Positions 1-14,600 of a stretch of 64,000 nucleotides of DNA are shown one piece after another. The DNA comes from Oculina patagonica (taxonomy: Eukaryota), in NCBI RefSeq assembly GCF_052425735.1, contig NC_135762.1, positions 31,310,001 to 31,374,000 of the forward strand. Reading direction: 5' to 3'. How positions within the stretch are numbered: the first letter of the stretch is position 1; every line of letters starts with the position of its first letter. The notes below the pieces were generated by a model, which was given only the letters and a program-made list of their open reading frames with translations, did not search any database and was not told where the DNA came from. A program made the translations under genes and the position numbers.

Positions 1-685
1 GGCGCAGATTTTAAAAACCCTTCTGTAGTTATGTTCTCCAGAAATGGTTTTGCTTCGCTAAACCATCGGAAGAAAACACGTACCATAAAAATAGAATTGA
101 GCCGTAAACGTGTCGCGACTTTTAATTCAAATTTGCCGTCTGACTCTTTCGCATTTGTATAAAATTAATTTTACGTGAAGATCGGTAAAGCCGTCCAATT
201 TCATTCGGTTTACAAACGCAGAAGACTTGACATTGAAGTTAAAGCCTCACAAAAATTTTAAAGATGTATTTGCTGTATACAAAAAGTTAAATTTGACCAA
301 ATTTCAGCCGACGTAAAATTTATTTATCGGCAGATCGCTCATGCGAAACGACGTCAGGCTCTTCAACTTCAACCAAATATTTTGTAACTCTAGCCACTGG
401 AATCGCTGGAACATTACCGCTGCTGCCATGTTTTCTTCACCTGAATTTCCGACATGACCATGACTTTCAAGCAATGTTTTTTTCCTCCTCAACTTGCAAA
501 CTTGGGAAGTTTAGCCGGACCAAAGTTGGGGAGTTTGTTCCGAAGTTCGTAATTTGATTGTTTAACCCGCAAAGTAATTGGCTACTTTGTTACGTAGTTC
601 CCAAGAAAACGAGTTTAAATTTGTTTGAATGAATTTTACTGAGAAATAAATGGTTTCTATCGAAAACTCTCAACGTTTTAAAAAC

Positions 686-803
686 ACGCGACTTTTTTCA
701 AAACCCGCGACTTTTTCAAAACCCGCGACTTATTTATAACCCGCGACACGCGACTTGAAACCCGCGACCCGCGACCCGCGACCCGCGACCATTAGGGAAA
801 CTC
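686..803. repeat. Tandem (A/C)CGCGAC array, probably the subterminal repeats of a DNA transposon end
   Basis: About 9 copies of cgcgac with variable spacers, ending in cattagggaaactc; no partner end lies in the window. Confidence 0.6.
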
Positions 804-951
804 TCGATGACCGGGCTAAAATTTCCCATATGATCAAATTCGTCCCGCTATCCGGGCCACAGTTACCGGGTACATCTGAAGTCAAGAGGCCCGACAAGGC
901 CCTAAAGCCGGCAACACACTAGGCGATTTTATCGGCAATCGGCGAATTAAA

Positions 952-1002
952 TAGCCTGCGAGAGTAGACGCATTTCCGGCCGTCGCTTCTCTCCGCAGGC
1001 TA
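952..1002. mobile_element. 51-bp MITE, TAGCCTGCG...CGCAGGCTA, 9-bp TSD
   Basis: TIRs plus perfect direct repeat cgaattaaa at 943-951 and 1003-1011. Confidence 0.8.
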
Positions 1003-1201
1003 CGAATTAAATCGCCTAGTAATCAGTTTCTCTTGTTTTTTAGTCGATTTGATAGTTAACCGATTTCAGTTGCCCTCGTAAGTGCACTTAGCTGTTAAGT
1101 GGAGTTCAGGAAACGTTTAATTAATTTCAGAATACATTACATAAATTATGGAAAAGAGACAATAAATTATAACTTAATCATATCCTCTTAATATTATATC
1201 T

Positions 1202-1274
1202 GGGGGATTAGCTCAAATGGTAGAGCGCCCGCTTTGCATGCGGGAAGTACCGGGATCGATACCCGGATTCTCCA
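1202..1274 (+). tRNA. tRNA-Ala, anticodon UGC
   Basis: Full cloverleaf: acceptor GGGGGAT/ATTCTCC with the G3:U70 alanine identity pair, D-arm GCTC/GAGC, anticodon arm CCCGC-TTTGCAT-GCGGG, T-arm CCGGG-ATCGATA-CCCGG, discriminator A. T-runs follow immediately (Pol III terminator). Confidence 0.96.
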
Positions 1275-2810
1275 AATTTATTTTTTCTTTTTCCTCTTAT
1301 CTAAAACATTTCAATGTTTTTTTTTTTGCTTCTTTCTTTCCTTTTTTTATTCTGTCGAAAATTTTTAACCTTAATCTCGAAGTTATTCGAATGATAAAAA
1401 TTGCTTTTCAGCATGAAGTGCCAACAACGTAAAATTCCCGTTTTCCCGCTTGAGAAACAAACCACACCACCAACCAAGGTGAAATTATTTGGCAGGGCAG
1501 TAGCCTGCAATACAGGCTTTTTTATTCGTGAGCGAACGAGAGCGAACGCATTTTGATCGGGCGAGCGCCATCTTGGATTCGTACTCGGGAGAGGATTGGG
1601 GAGAGGAGAAATCGCGTCCAAGGGAGTAGGAGTGAGTAAGGAGTGAGGAGTGAGGCTGAATTCTCGCGCGCCCAAGGCAGGCAAGCTGGGCAGAATAAAC
1701 GTATCACCGCAAATCCAGAGATAAAAATTCCCAATTTTTATTCAAATCTGGGTAGAATTACAATTCAAAGCAATAAGTTACCGGCAATTCAGAAGCCATA
1801 GTCTATTCATATTTCTCAAATTTACAGTCGGGTCTATTTATTGTACAAATTCGATATATTAAATTATTAGAAAGATGCCAACAGTTATTCTTACGATCTC
1901 AAATGAAAAGCAGGAGCTACATTACAACACATGTATTTTGAGTCATTTTTTCCGATGTTAAAACAGGGCCGTAACCTGATTTTTGACAAAGACGAGGGAA
2001 AAGTTGTGAGCACCGAAGGCGTAAGCCGCCAGAGGAGTCTGGGAACACGCTCCCCAAGAAAAGTTTGAAATCTAGAAGCTATAAAAAAAAAAACATTTTC
2101 TTGAGGTATTTCTTCATGAAAAATCAATATGTTCAACTGAGGATTATTTTTCCAACCAAACAAATTACGTTTTAAAATTTTAGGTTAAAATCTTGACGAG
2201 GCAAGTGCCTCGTCTTGCCTCTTGCTAGTTACGGCCCTGCAAAATTAGTTTTGAATTAAAAAAAAAAAACGTCGAAATAATAGTTTTCTTAGGTGAGAAA
2301 AAAACAGAAAAGAAGGAATATCAATTTTTTCCTTCTATTGACGAGTCTCTTTGGACGGACAGGCAAGAGACCTTACAAGACCAATTAAGAACGAACAAAA
2401 ACATAAATTCAATTCTCTTGTGCAAAAAGCAATTTTGACTGTTCACTGAACAGATATGTGACATCTTTGTCATGGAGAGCAACGAAAATGAACTCTTATT
2501 GGAATCTTGTATAAAGTGCCCCATAGATTTTAACAATCGTTGTGGAGAGATAATTAATTAAATAAATATACTAGCAATTATAATTTACTTCCTCTGTCGC
2601 ATACGAATCTTTATCAAACGTGTCATCATAAACTGCGTTATGTATTTAATAACTAATATTCTATCTATCTAAAATCTATATTTCTATTTCTATTTTCTAT
2701 GGAATTGGAATTGTTTATTGGTCATTATTTTATAGAATGATCAATCGATCGATTGATAAACTAATTAATTCAAATAAATTGTCAAAAAAAAATTATAACT
2801 CCGCGCGCAC

Positions 2811-2839
2811 TACACTCTTTTTATTTTATAAGAATCTAG

Positions 2840-2871
<32 letters not shown>

Positions 2872-3206
2872 TTTTTAAGAATATTTTAAGAATAAACCCG
2901 AGGCTGAGATTTTGATTTTGATTTTTTAGTTGAAACAAAATCAGGTATTTTCATTTCCGTCACTTTATCTCTGTGAGGAATGCTTTGTTTAAAGCCAAAA
3001 CGGCCAGGCTGTAACGAAAAGCAATGGATACAGATCTGGACACCAAACACTTGTAATTGATTACCCAATACTTGCTAAAACGGAAATGTCAAACGGTATT
3101 TTCTAAGAATGTTCATAAGAATATTTCAGCCTAAAATAGGCAGAACAATAAGAATATTCAGCCTGGGTCGGAAAAACCGTATTCTTATAAAAAAAAAAAG
3201 AGTGTA
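2811..3206. mobile_element. ~395-bp MITE (CACTC...GAGTG, TA TSD), copy 1
   Basis: TIR tacactc(t)n..ataagaat / attcttat(a)n gagtgta; near-identical inverted copy at 35885-36284. Confidence 0.85.
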
Positions 3207-3512
3207 GGCTCTTTCTCAGTCCTTTCTTTGCCCGTCACGCAACGCTTCTCGCCACTTAATGGAAAGACGCGTGGCGTGACGATACAAATTACAAATTGAT
3301 ATATAGCATACTAGTTTTCTTTGTAGACTAGCATGACTGCGTGTGTCCACAGAATTTGTGCATAACCAATAACAGACTCCGTCGAAACGCTTTATTAGGC
3401 CGTCACGCAACGTTTCTCTCCTATTAAAAGGTAGATGTGCTGCGTGACAACCATAATAATGGGCTTGCAAAGGAGACCTAGTGTTGAGTTTTGTATGTGA
3501 TGCAGAGATCTT

Positions 3513-6500
3513 CTAATCATTGCCTTCTAGCATATCCTGTACTGTTCGGTAAGTACATCTGTCCATCTCGGGCCCAATTTCTTTCAATACCTCGTCAACC
3601 AAAGCACGTTGTTTGGGTTGCTGAGAAATGATCAATTCACCAAACAGGTAAATTCCCATTCCCTGTAAAAGAGGATAAAAATGAAATATAACAAGGATAA
3701 ATTACAAAGAAAAACCTTCCATGCAGAAGAAGCCCTTATTACGAACATTTTGGCTGCTATGTACAATTATGTCCAAAAATGAACGCAGTTACGATTTTTT
3801 ACAAATTTTACGATTTTTAGTGATAGTCCATCAGCTGAGATCCGAAAATTTGGGTTCATGGCTCACTTTCGGGGAACAAACGAAACATGTCTTATCTTAA
3901 TCCTTGCCTATTGAGCATCACAAAAATGTATGATAGCAAGGTTGGAACGGTAGCTTTCACTTATAAATCGAATTTTAAATTGGCTCCCCTATCAGGCCCG
4001 ATACGCTCTTATTTGGCCGCCATCTTGGATTTTTGGGGTGAAAAAGCTACAAAGCTGCCTGCATTCTTTTAACGTAAACGAATCGCTTTCAACGCAAATT
4101 TAAAACTTATTGAACTAACAACATGATTTCGTTCATTCAAGTGTTTCAAAAACAACAACGTGATGTCATATGTGACGAAGCCACGGCTGATTTTTACAAA
4201 ATAAAGCAAAAAGTGCAGATTTAAAAATTATTTCACGAAGAAAAGAGAGCACGTAGATAAAATACCATTGCAATTCAAGTGTCTTGAATAAATCCCCTAA
4301 AAAAATCGTCATTTTCCAACCCAGCCCTTATCATCCCGGAAGACTTTAAAAAAGAGGGAAGAGGTGGAAGAAAAGTGAGCTTGCACGTCGTCACTAGGGA
4401 TAGCGGGGAGGAGTTTCAGTCGAGGTGATCAAGAAAAAAAGTCAGCTGCGAGAAGGAGTGATGGGAGAGACAGGCGCCAGGGAAGTGAAGAGAGATACGC
4501 CGGGAAGAGCCAGAGGTTCTCCCACCAGGCATCCACACCGAAGACACTGTCTCCACGCCAAGGGTGGAGACTCTTTCTTCCAACAATCTCTAACTGAGGG
4601 TCTCAAGTTTTACGTTAACGTTTTTTTTTACGGCTAACGGTTAATTTATTTCCATAACGGTTAAAGAAGTTATTAACTGAGCCCTATTCTAACCTTATGC
4701 GTGGACGTAGCTATGTAATTGATTTGGGGTATACTGATATGTGTAGTAACTGAAAAAACGAGCATGCGATGGAACGCCTTTATGGTTTTTATTTTAGATG
4801 ATGAGGAGCAAAAGGAAAACGAGTGAAAAACAAAATGGCGGACATTGCGACCTCATTTATTGCGTACTTTGCTTTTTTACCGTAAACAATGCTAAAATAA
4901 TGTCCCGAATATGTAGTACCTCTCAAATATATATCTAAGCAAAACATCAGTAAGTATTTAAGAACGAATAAAAAAAATTAAGGATTTTTGTTTTAAAATC
5001 CAAGATGGCGGCCAAAAGAAGGACATGAGAGCAAATTTCAAATTCGATTTACACAGTGAAAGCTACCGTTTTATCCTTGCTATCACACATTTTTATGATG
5101 CTTAATAGTCAAAGAGTAATATTAGACAAGTTTCGTTTGTTCCCCTTAAGTGAGCCATACAAGCCCACTAGCTGATGGACTATGACGGCCTCGCGATTTT
5201 TGCACTTTTTGTAAAATTCGAAGTTTCGTCGAGGGCCTACCTTGAACCACATTTTCACTTCATTTTTCTTTTGCGAGTTTTAAAAATTCCTGATTTCCGC
5301 AATTTTCGCCATTTCTGCTAGTTTGTTGCAAAATCTTGTAACTTTTGTAACATTCGTAACTGCGTGCATTTCTGAACATATCTGGCTGTGTACACTTACT
5401 TAGAAATAAATTATAAATTATAAATAAATCATAGATTGGAGCGATTAACATTTTGCTAATCTACACAACGTAAAGAGGTCAAAGGGCACGTATGAGGAAA
5501 CTGTTCTCTTGCTAGAGGGCATTCTCTTGATAAACGGCGCCAAATTCTCACAACATACATTAAAAAAATGTCTTGTATTCAGTTAGGAGAGTTTGTATTT
5601 CGGTCATACCTGATCCTCCACCAAAAACCTCTGAACTTCCTGCAGCCCCGGAGTGTAACTATAAGTATGGCAAGCAAAGATCAATTAAGAATGATAATTT
5701 GTTCTCTGTGTGTGAAACAAAGAGTGAAACAATACATGAGTGCGTAGTGACAGAGCGATACTTACTTGTGTTTTACTACAAGTTCACACCAGCGATGTCG
5801 AATCTGAAAAATTAAACCAACGATCAGCAACTATTAAAAAGCTAGACTGTTCCAGGCTCTTGTTTTTTTCGCTATCCTCCAACTACTGGGGGCCTGGAAC
5901 AGGCTACAAGCGACTTTTACTTACCAGTGAGTTTCGCCCGTGAGATACATTTTGTCACGCAGTATAAAGGGCTTTTTCACGCAATATATTTCACTGTGTC
6001 ACGCCATAAACGAGGTGGTGTGACGCAGTATCAAGTGGAAATCTCACGCTGTTTAAAGTCTTGTTCAACAACGCAAAACATTTTAATTCGACGAAAATCT
6101 AAAAGACAACACTTTAGTGGGATGGAAAACACCAAACAAATCAAGGATGGTTTGAATCGGGAAGATAAAAACTAATTACAAAATTCATTTGGTTTTGACT
6201 TCCAAATAAAAATAGCCACAACAAAATAGTCGGGAAATAATATGACGAACCTCGGCATTTCCATTTGATAAGTTGTAGCATTTGTCCAACTGACGCAGTG
6301 TATTGTGGGAAATTGTCTCTCGTTCCAAAAGCTTTTCCAGCAACAAAACAACTTGTTCAGCAACCTCCTATAATTGACAAAAAAGAAACGAAATTATGTG
6401 AATATCACCAAACGCTCACGACCCGTAAAGGAAACGATATAGAACACGCTGACGTAAACAGTCTTCGGCATTCTTCGGGTCGGCTCGTGTTGGTCCGAAA

Positions 6501-8579
6501 AATGCCGAACATTTCCAAACACGTTCACGTGGTTGTTTAAAACTATTCGAAAACTATTTTTCTTCCTCGAGTTAGCACAAAATAATGCGCAACTGTTTTG
6601 AGTAAAAAGAATATTGAGCCACTTACCAAAGTTCCGCTTGGAGGTTTCTTTCTCTTTCTCACTTTTAGCGTCTTATTCCGTTTGTTAATCATGTCCTGTT
6701 TCTTCCAGGTCTGAAACTTAAAGCAGGATACGCCGTAATTAGATACGAGCTTACTTAACAAATTGAGCGGTATTCTGTGGAGCGCCAGACGAATTTTGTG
6801 TCACTTGCCACCTTGTTTAAGAGAAAATGGGTTTTCACCAAGGTAGGGATCACTGGTTTATAGTTATTTATTGTTATTTATTGTCTAGATTCTAGAATGG
6901 CTGTGCAGAGGACAAGAACTACTTACTAAAAATTTCACAGCAGTCAAAGGCAAATATCTTACGCAGCCCGGTTTTCGCCGCCTCGAACTTTGTAAAAGTT
7001 TGAAGCGAAAATGTGCAAGACTTTTTGTAAGGAAACGTTATAACAATTATTTAGTTTCCTATACTATGCATATGCGGCGTAGAAGGCTTCACTTTTCTGG
7101 CTTCAAAGTGAAAGATTACAAGAAACTTGAAACGCCTAGAGGCAGCAGTTTTGGCGGCGCGCAGTGCGTTTGACCGCTGTGTGACTTAGACTCTAGGTGC
7201 AGCGTATACTAAACTCTATTAAACATTCATACAATAACACCGAACATTTACCGGTGAATTGCAAGGAAATCAGCGCAAAATCGCACAAACGTGACACCTT
7301 GTAGGATCGCATTTTCTGCACTTAAAACCGACTAATGTGTGACAAATTTCTTCCCAAATGTTGCAGTTGCTATATCACATCACAACTTGCTGGGTCTTCG
7401 CGACAATTTCTCCAGTTTTCGGAAATTTGTGTTAAGTTGCGTTAGAGGCTACGTCATTTTCATGGTTTATACTCTCATTGTCCATTGCTCTCGACCAATG
7501 AGCGCGCAAGAAATTCCTCAGTTATTGTATAAAATTGACCAGCGGTTACCACCTACCTCGTTTTCCACTTGTGAGACAAGTTCATTGTCAGGACTGTTGA
7601 ACTTTTTCGGGAAGGACTGGGAACAAATAAAACATTTCAGTTTCATTGCGGTAAGCCAATAATGAAACAAACATCAAATCAAAGTATAACTGCCTTTTGT
7701 AATTACATTTACCAAATTTCACAGCCAATCAGAAGGCAAAATCCACGGGTAATCTATCGACATTTAAGCTCTCCGGCTCGCAGACTGACTTTTTTCTGAC
7801 TGGCCAAACAATGGGGTGTCGAAATTTACACAGCAATGGAAAATTCATAGACCCAATGCAAATATGGCGGCTGTTAATTTTCAGCTCCCAGAAGAATCAT
7901 TTGTCAACAAAATTAAATTACTCTTACTTAAAGATAAGGTCAAAGTAAATCAGTGTATGAAGTTTTAAGGCTATACTTTCATCTAATGGGAAGTTACAGG
8001 GGTATTTATATTGCCAAAAACATGAAAATGAAGCTAGGCAGGCCATGGTGACTTTTTCAACACAAATCTCTTAAATTTGAATGAGTCATAACTTTGCAGC
8101 CATTTAACCCAAAAAACTGAAACTTCTCAGAATATCATAATATTTCATATATATTTAAGTGCCACCATCAGCGGTTTAAGAAACTTGACCAAACAACAGA
8201 AATGAATGACAACTATTTATGCATAAGGTCTCGTAATATTCAGTTAGTCCGTGTCGAGTGGTGCAAGTAGGTCTTGCTACAAGCTCCAACAATCACGATT
8301 TAAAGATCTAACCGTAAATATTGGCCACTCACTTTTGGCAATCCAGCTCTCTCCAGCCATTCACTAACAAACTTGTCCTTCATTTCCCTGAAGAAAAATT
8401 AGCAAGAGTTACAACAGCTATCGGTTAGAAAAGACTTCTTAAAATCTAACGATAAAAGGAGGCTACCCTTTTAACGACTCGCCACAAAATCAGTCTGACC
8501 CACCGTTTACTAAATACTTAACAATTATTCCACGAGCGCACGTTGGATATGAAATGGTAGCGCCGAGTTGGCTATAACG

Positions 8580-8613
<34 letters not shown>

Positions 8614-11600
8614 TTTAATAAAAAACGCCAGAAGAATTGCAATATTTGAGCTCCCCAGCTGTTTTCGTTGACGCGTATTGGCTACCATATTGTGGTCAAT
8701 GGTATATGAGCTCATAAACCATTGCCTGCTAACCAATCAAAACTCAGGAATTGCAATATACCATTGCTATTTTTTAATAACAAAGAATAATTATACCACG
8801 TGACAGATTGCATAACACGTGACAAATGTAAAACACGTGACAGGAAGTCCATACTTTCTCACCTTGGCACATTGGGGAAACTTTCAACAAAGAATACAAA
8901 GAAGTCCTGTGGATAAAGACAAGATGCACAACAAGTCAAATTGGAGTTAAAAGCGAGATTATCAGAGAAATTACTACTAAACGTCGAAGTTGTCGACGGA
9001 CAAGAACATTGCGCTACATTACACAAGCCTTTGTTTACGTTCACTTAATTGCTCATTTTCAAACTTCGTGTCTGTTTCTAACAGTCACGCCCTCGAATTT
9101 CCATGGTTAAATTAACGCCCTGGGAACAACATCGAGTCCATGCCGTATCAATCTGTATAACTGACTTACCTCCGAGGTAACAAGTTGCTCTTTGAAATGC
9201 TGGACATAGTTAAGAAGAAACTCATCAAATTCCTCAAGTCCCACCAAGTTGGCCATGTGATGAAGAAGAAAGTACCCCTGGAGAACAAAATAGGGTTGTA
9301 TTAGGTGTATTTGATTGGATGCTGGCTGGCTTGGTTAATCGAACGAAGTGAGGCAAAAATGAGTGCTTAAATTTTCTAGTTCTCTCAAAACCAACTTCAG
9401 TGTAACCCCGATATAACGATATCCCGAGGGAGCAGTAAAATTATATCGTTATATCGAGGAATCGTTATATCGACACTTCTGATATAACGATATGGCCGTA
9501 AAATAACCGAAAATATCGTTATATCGGGGTAAACCTAACAAGTACTTTTTACTGCATATTAAAGGAGATAAAGAGAATAATTTTGATAAAGAGGCTTAGA
9601 ATACAGTATCATTTTCGTATATCATCGTACAAAGCTGTTTACAGAAACGTTAGAGATCACTCAATAACTGTAGTGCTATTGCATTAAATACGATGTTTTG
9701 CAAATAAATTGTGACTGTGTACTGATAATATCGTTATATCGGGAGGATTTTACGTTCGGTACGCTAAATTCTCATCGTTATATCGGGAATATTGTTATAT
9801 CGAAGATCGTTATATCGGGGTTCCGTCCCATACATTTTACTGTAACTTTTGCCGGGACAAAGAATATTCATCGTATATCGGGAATATCGTTATATCGAGG
9901 ATCGTTATATCGGGGTTTGGCATTATCAAGATTTGTAAGCCCGTGTACTCAACTTCTACTTCTTAATGTAATTTTCACAGTGACACTGAAATATAAAATT
10001 AAATTTGACTAAGAATCGTACCTTGTGAGCAAACCATATTTTTACTTGCCTATAAAGCCTCGCTTGCCGTTTGAAAGGGTTTAAGTCGTTTTAAGGAGCT
10101 ACATCACGGGGATTTTGCAGATTTTTGGTCTAAACTGTTCAGAATTTAGTGGTAGGTAACTATTTCCATTAAAAAACCTTTATCTTTGAACATCCACTGG
10201 ACGATATAACCTTAATTTGCGGATAAAAATTGAAACTACCGCTAGATTTTTAGTCAAAGAAGCAGTAACTATGGGATAGATTTTTTGAAGACGCGCAGAG
10301 GCAACTTGAAAAGTTTAGCTTAACTTGTATGAAAGTGTCATTAAAATGCCCGAAAATCATCCTTGTTTGTTATGTGGCCGTGATTTTGCCAATAAAGACT
10401 TCTGCTCTGCCAATTTGAAGTTTAGAGCTCTTAAATAACGAAAATATGTAAAATAACCTAAAATACCGATAGACAAACCTTGAGGTAGTGAACTTGAGTC
10501 CATTTTCTGGAGCAGATTTGACCAAACTGTACCACAGTGTGAGGTCTGATGGTGTCTGACTGACCAGAGCTCTTCTCTACTGCTTCAGCCGCGGAAAGAG
10601 CTGCGAAGGGAAGCAGGAATAAGCTCGATCAATGGAGTTCAAATTAAGCTTGAAGACAATACGCCATAATAACAAACTGAGCAAAAATTCGTACCTGACG
10701 CTGGTTTAACCACTTTAGGCCTGCATTACAATGACAACAAAAACATTTGCTTTAGTTTTGTAAGTAAACAAATCATTATTACACTGTCACAGACATCGTA
10801 AGGGTCATGGGTACGAAACAAGTCGAGACGTAGATTTTCTCTTTGCTTCTTTACAACGGCTAGATACAATCGACGATTGCAATTTTAAGACCACTTTAAC
10901 TTGTGTTGTTTACGCATACGAGTCTTTTTNNNNNNNNNNNNNNNNNNNNNNNNNNNNNNNNNNNNNNNNNNNNNNNNNNNNNNNNNNNNNNNNNNNNNNN
11001 NNNNNNNNNNNNNNNNNNNNNNNNNNNNNNNNNNNNNNNNNNNNNNNNNNNNNNNNNNNNNNNNNNNNNNNNNNNNNNNTGCTAACAATACAATCAGTTC
11101 TATCGAAGTGAAGGATAGCCTGCGTGGCAGGCGTCGTTAGTTTCTAGCGCGCGTATGGGAGAAACGCGAAAGGCGCGAGAGGGCCACGCGAGGAAAAAAT
11201 CGAGAAGATTCTCCTCGATTTTTTCCTCGCGCGGCCTTCTCGCGATCGCGCACTCTTTTACGCGCGCTAAAAACTACACAGACGCCTGCTACGCAGGCTA
11301 AGTGAAGGATAGAGAAAACATTCTGGGCTCTTACAAGCGCTCGCACTGCCACCCCTACGCCAAACCCCACGTTAACCCTTAATATGCTGAAATAACTTCA
11401 AAAACACGTTTTTTAACCTTCAAATTGATTTTTTTGGCGCTACGGTGCTAAATTCTTCTAAACTTTGCTAAATTTGTGCTTTTTGACATTGCAGTAAGTT
11501 TTTGATGAAATTTCATGTAAAAATGTACAATATTTTACTTATTGCTGAACCGTTCCGAATTTTTTTCTTGCTCTTTTCCTTTTCGTTTTTCTCTGCTTTC

Positions 11601-14600
11601 TTGTTCTCTCTATCTTTTACTCTGTGCACCCCTTCTACTGGCCTTAAGAGTTTCGATCTTAACCAATGGAAAAGCCTGGAAAGGAGACCATGATCAAGTA
11701 CGGGTATATTGGCCCGTTTTAGCACCAATTTTACACCAAAAACTGATCACGTTTTTTTTCGATTTGCTCTGTCGGAATGCCGTCAATTTTCAAGATGGAC
11801 AGTCCTGTGGAAAGATCTATCCAAGCTCTATTAGTCGCACATCACAAAAATCTGCTGACGTCTAAATTGGTGACGTCACAAGTGGTTGAATGGCCATTCC
11901 TTTAAATCCCGGAATAATCCGGGCTTAGCATATTAAGGGTTAATTTATTACCTATATGTGTACGTTATTCTTAGTCACTATGAAGAAGACAGATAATAAG
12001 ACTGAGAAACAAAAGCTTGTCAATTAGTGAATATTGTCTTGTTGTGCCACCAAAGAAATGTCTGGTAATTAGAAAAGAGGATTAATATTTCCTGCTCGGG
12101 ATCGGCCATGCCTCCTTACCTCAAGTACTTAAGACTGTCATCACACTCTCTGATTTCAGACAACAAACATCTGTGTCTGAGAATTTGTCTCATCTCCCGG
12201 TAAAACCTGTCCTTATCTTTGGACCACTAAAGAGAAAAAAAATTAACCAAAATCAGCAAACTACAGATTAGACAAGTTTGTCCACATGCTACATAGAACG
12301 GTTTCCTGAATGCCACAAATTTAACCTCTGCGCCCTACCCGGGCAAGGAATTTTCAAGTTGGCAAAGACAGCCAAGGCGGGGAAGAATGGTGGCGAGAAA
12401 GAATTCTGAAACAAAACAGTGGAGATGAGTACTCGAAACAAAACTAGTGAAGTCACTTTTACTTTTCTTAAGCTCGATTTTGTTGCTCCATGCTGTCTTC
12501 CTACCCGTGCTTTGAGAGAAGGAGCGAGGGCTTATTTATGATCGAGCCCAGTTATTCCCTTACTGTGTGCAACAAAAGTAAAATGTCCACACACCCTTTC
12601 AGCCTTGGATTGAATCTTCTCCTCTATGAATGTCGCAAAGCCTTCAGACAGCCACTCTTCGCTCCAGTCTTTTGCGCCAACCAGCAAACCGAACCAAGCG
12701 TGTGATATCTCATGTGCCAGGCGCACCCGCATACTGGCGTCACCGGAGAGAAGGGACTGGGACAGAAACACGAGGTTGGGACTTGAATTCAACAAAAACA
12801 CAAACAAAACTAATGAGATCAAATTCTCAACAACAAACATTATTAGAAGTGTATAACACTACGTAAGGAGAATTACGATTTCGATCTCTGGACACTCTCT
12901 TACCTTTTGAGCCCCATACAAGCGAAACACTTGGGTAAGACCAACATATCCAAGCGTCTAAAAGGATACGGACCCAATAGCTCACAAGAGGCCTCAAGAA
13001 ACTTCGGTGCGTATCCTAGCAACTCGTCTGCCGCACTGTCAATCAAACTGGGCGGGGCAAACAGACGGCACGTGACAGGCACGTCGGGGTTACCGCCATT
13101 TTTCGTTTCAGCGTTTCGTGACTGTCTGCACCGCCACCAACCCACTGCTACAGCCAGAGTGGAACAGGGCAAAGGAGAATCCATTTCATAGTGGAAGGTC
13201 ACTGAAAGGTAGGAAGCATGGTGTTTTATTTTCCTAATCAAAGTCAGTTGGATAAATTCTTTCATGCAATCTCGTGCAGAGGAGTATCGCATCTCTACGG
13301 CACCTTCTTATTTTTAAAGTGGCGTTCCCATAGTTACTGCTTCTCTGACTAAATACCTATTCGTTTCTATTTTCGCGAGCCGGTCACCATTTTGGTTTTT
13401 TTTTTTTTTTAAATTTTTTCGGGTATTTTGGGTTTAAAAATAATTTTTTTTTTTTTTTTCCCCTTTTTTTTTTTTTTTTTCCAAAAACTTTCAAACAAAG
13501 TTTCTTTTGACCCAGCCCATGGCTATAACAGGCCGATTTCGGTATATTTTAAAATTCTAACTAGACTCTGAAGGCAGCTAAAGGAAACATTGAAAAAGGA
13601 AATTTAAGAAACTTTTATTGATCCCTTGCAACCCCAACGTGATTTCTTTTTGTAACGGATATTTTTTTTTTTTGCCAACTTAGCATTTTAATACATTCTG
13701 AGGCTTATTACAAAAGCAGTTCGATTTTGCTTTGGTTTTGCATTACTACGCTTAGTGATTGGCTCTAAAAACCCGCACCACTTTCTCAGCCAATCAGAAG
13801 TGAAACCAAGACCAATCATGACTTGCTTGCGCACGTTTTCCCGCGCTTCGTGCCGGCTACATTTATTTGCTTCGAGTTTTGATTGGTTCACTGAATTGTC
13901 TGGGCCCTTTGTGATTGGTCAGAGTGATTAACTTAGTTCTGGTTTTACGACACTCAATTGAAAACCGCTCTATGACACAAATAATGATCAACCAGAAGAC
14001 TCCCCCAAAGAAGATCGAAGCTTACCTTGACCATCACTTCCAGTAGTTTTGCCAACAAACTCGTTTCCACTCATCAGCACAACACAGCCCTCTGGCACGT
14101 GAATAGACGCCTGCCACGTTGACATGGCAACAGGCGGCTCCTGACACGGCATTAGAGATCGATTGTTGATGTATGCACCGGGTGAGAATACAGATGGTCT
14201 GGTACAAGGAAAAATCGAATTACTCAATTAATCATTTCATTCTCAAGGGGGGATCTACATCTATTTTGTTCCCTAATTTTTTTTTTTTTCAAAGTCAGGC
14301 AGAAAGCCAAATGTGACAAGACAAAGAAAACCATAAACCAGACGATGTTGTCTTTTCGGCGTGGTGTCTTCTCTGTGCCCGATTTCTCACCATTTGCTTT
14401 AATTGTTCGACGAACTTATAAGATTGGCTCAGGGTATGACGTGACCTTTACCGTAAAAGCTCTACAGTCGAACCCCCATTAAGCGGCCAGTTAACCCTTA
14501 CTTAGCGGCCACCTCTGTTAAGCGGCCGCGGCCACCTTTCGCTCGTCCGATGAGGATTCGTATTGTTTTTACCTCAGTCTGTTAACCGGCCACCAAGAAT

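Noticed and set aside
304-492. Short ORF at the window start as a gene or transposase
   Set aside because: No recognisable domain; it probably lies inside a decayed transposon whose end is at ~803.
10022-10050. Extra AOPEP micro-exon (TATAG..|GTACG)
   Set aside because: It would break the phase between exons 10479 and 9277, which already join to give the conserved HYLK|GYFLL.
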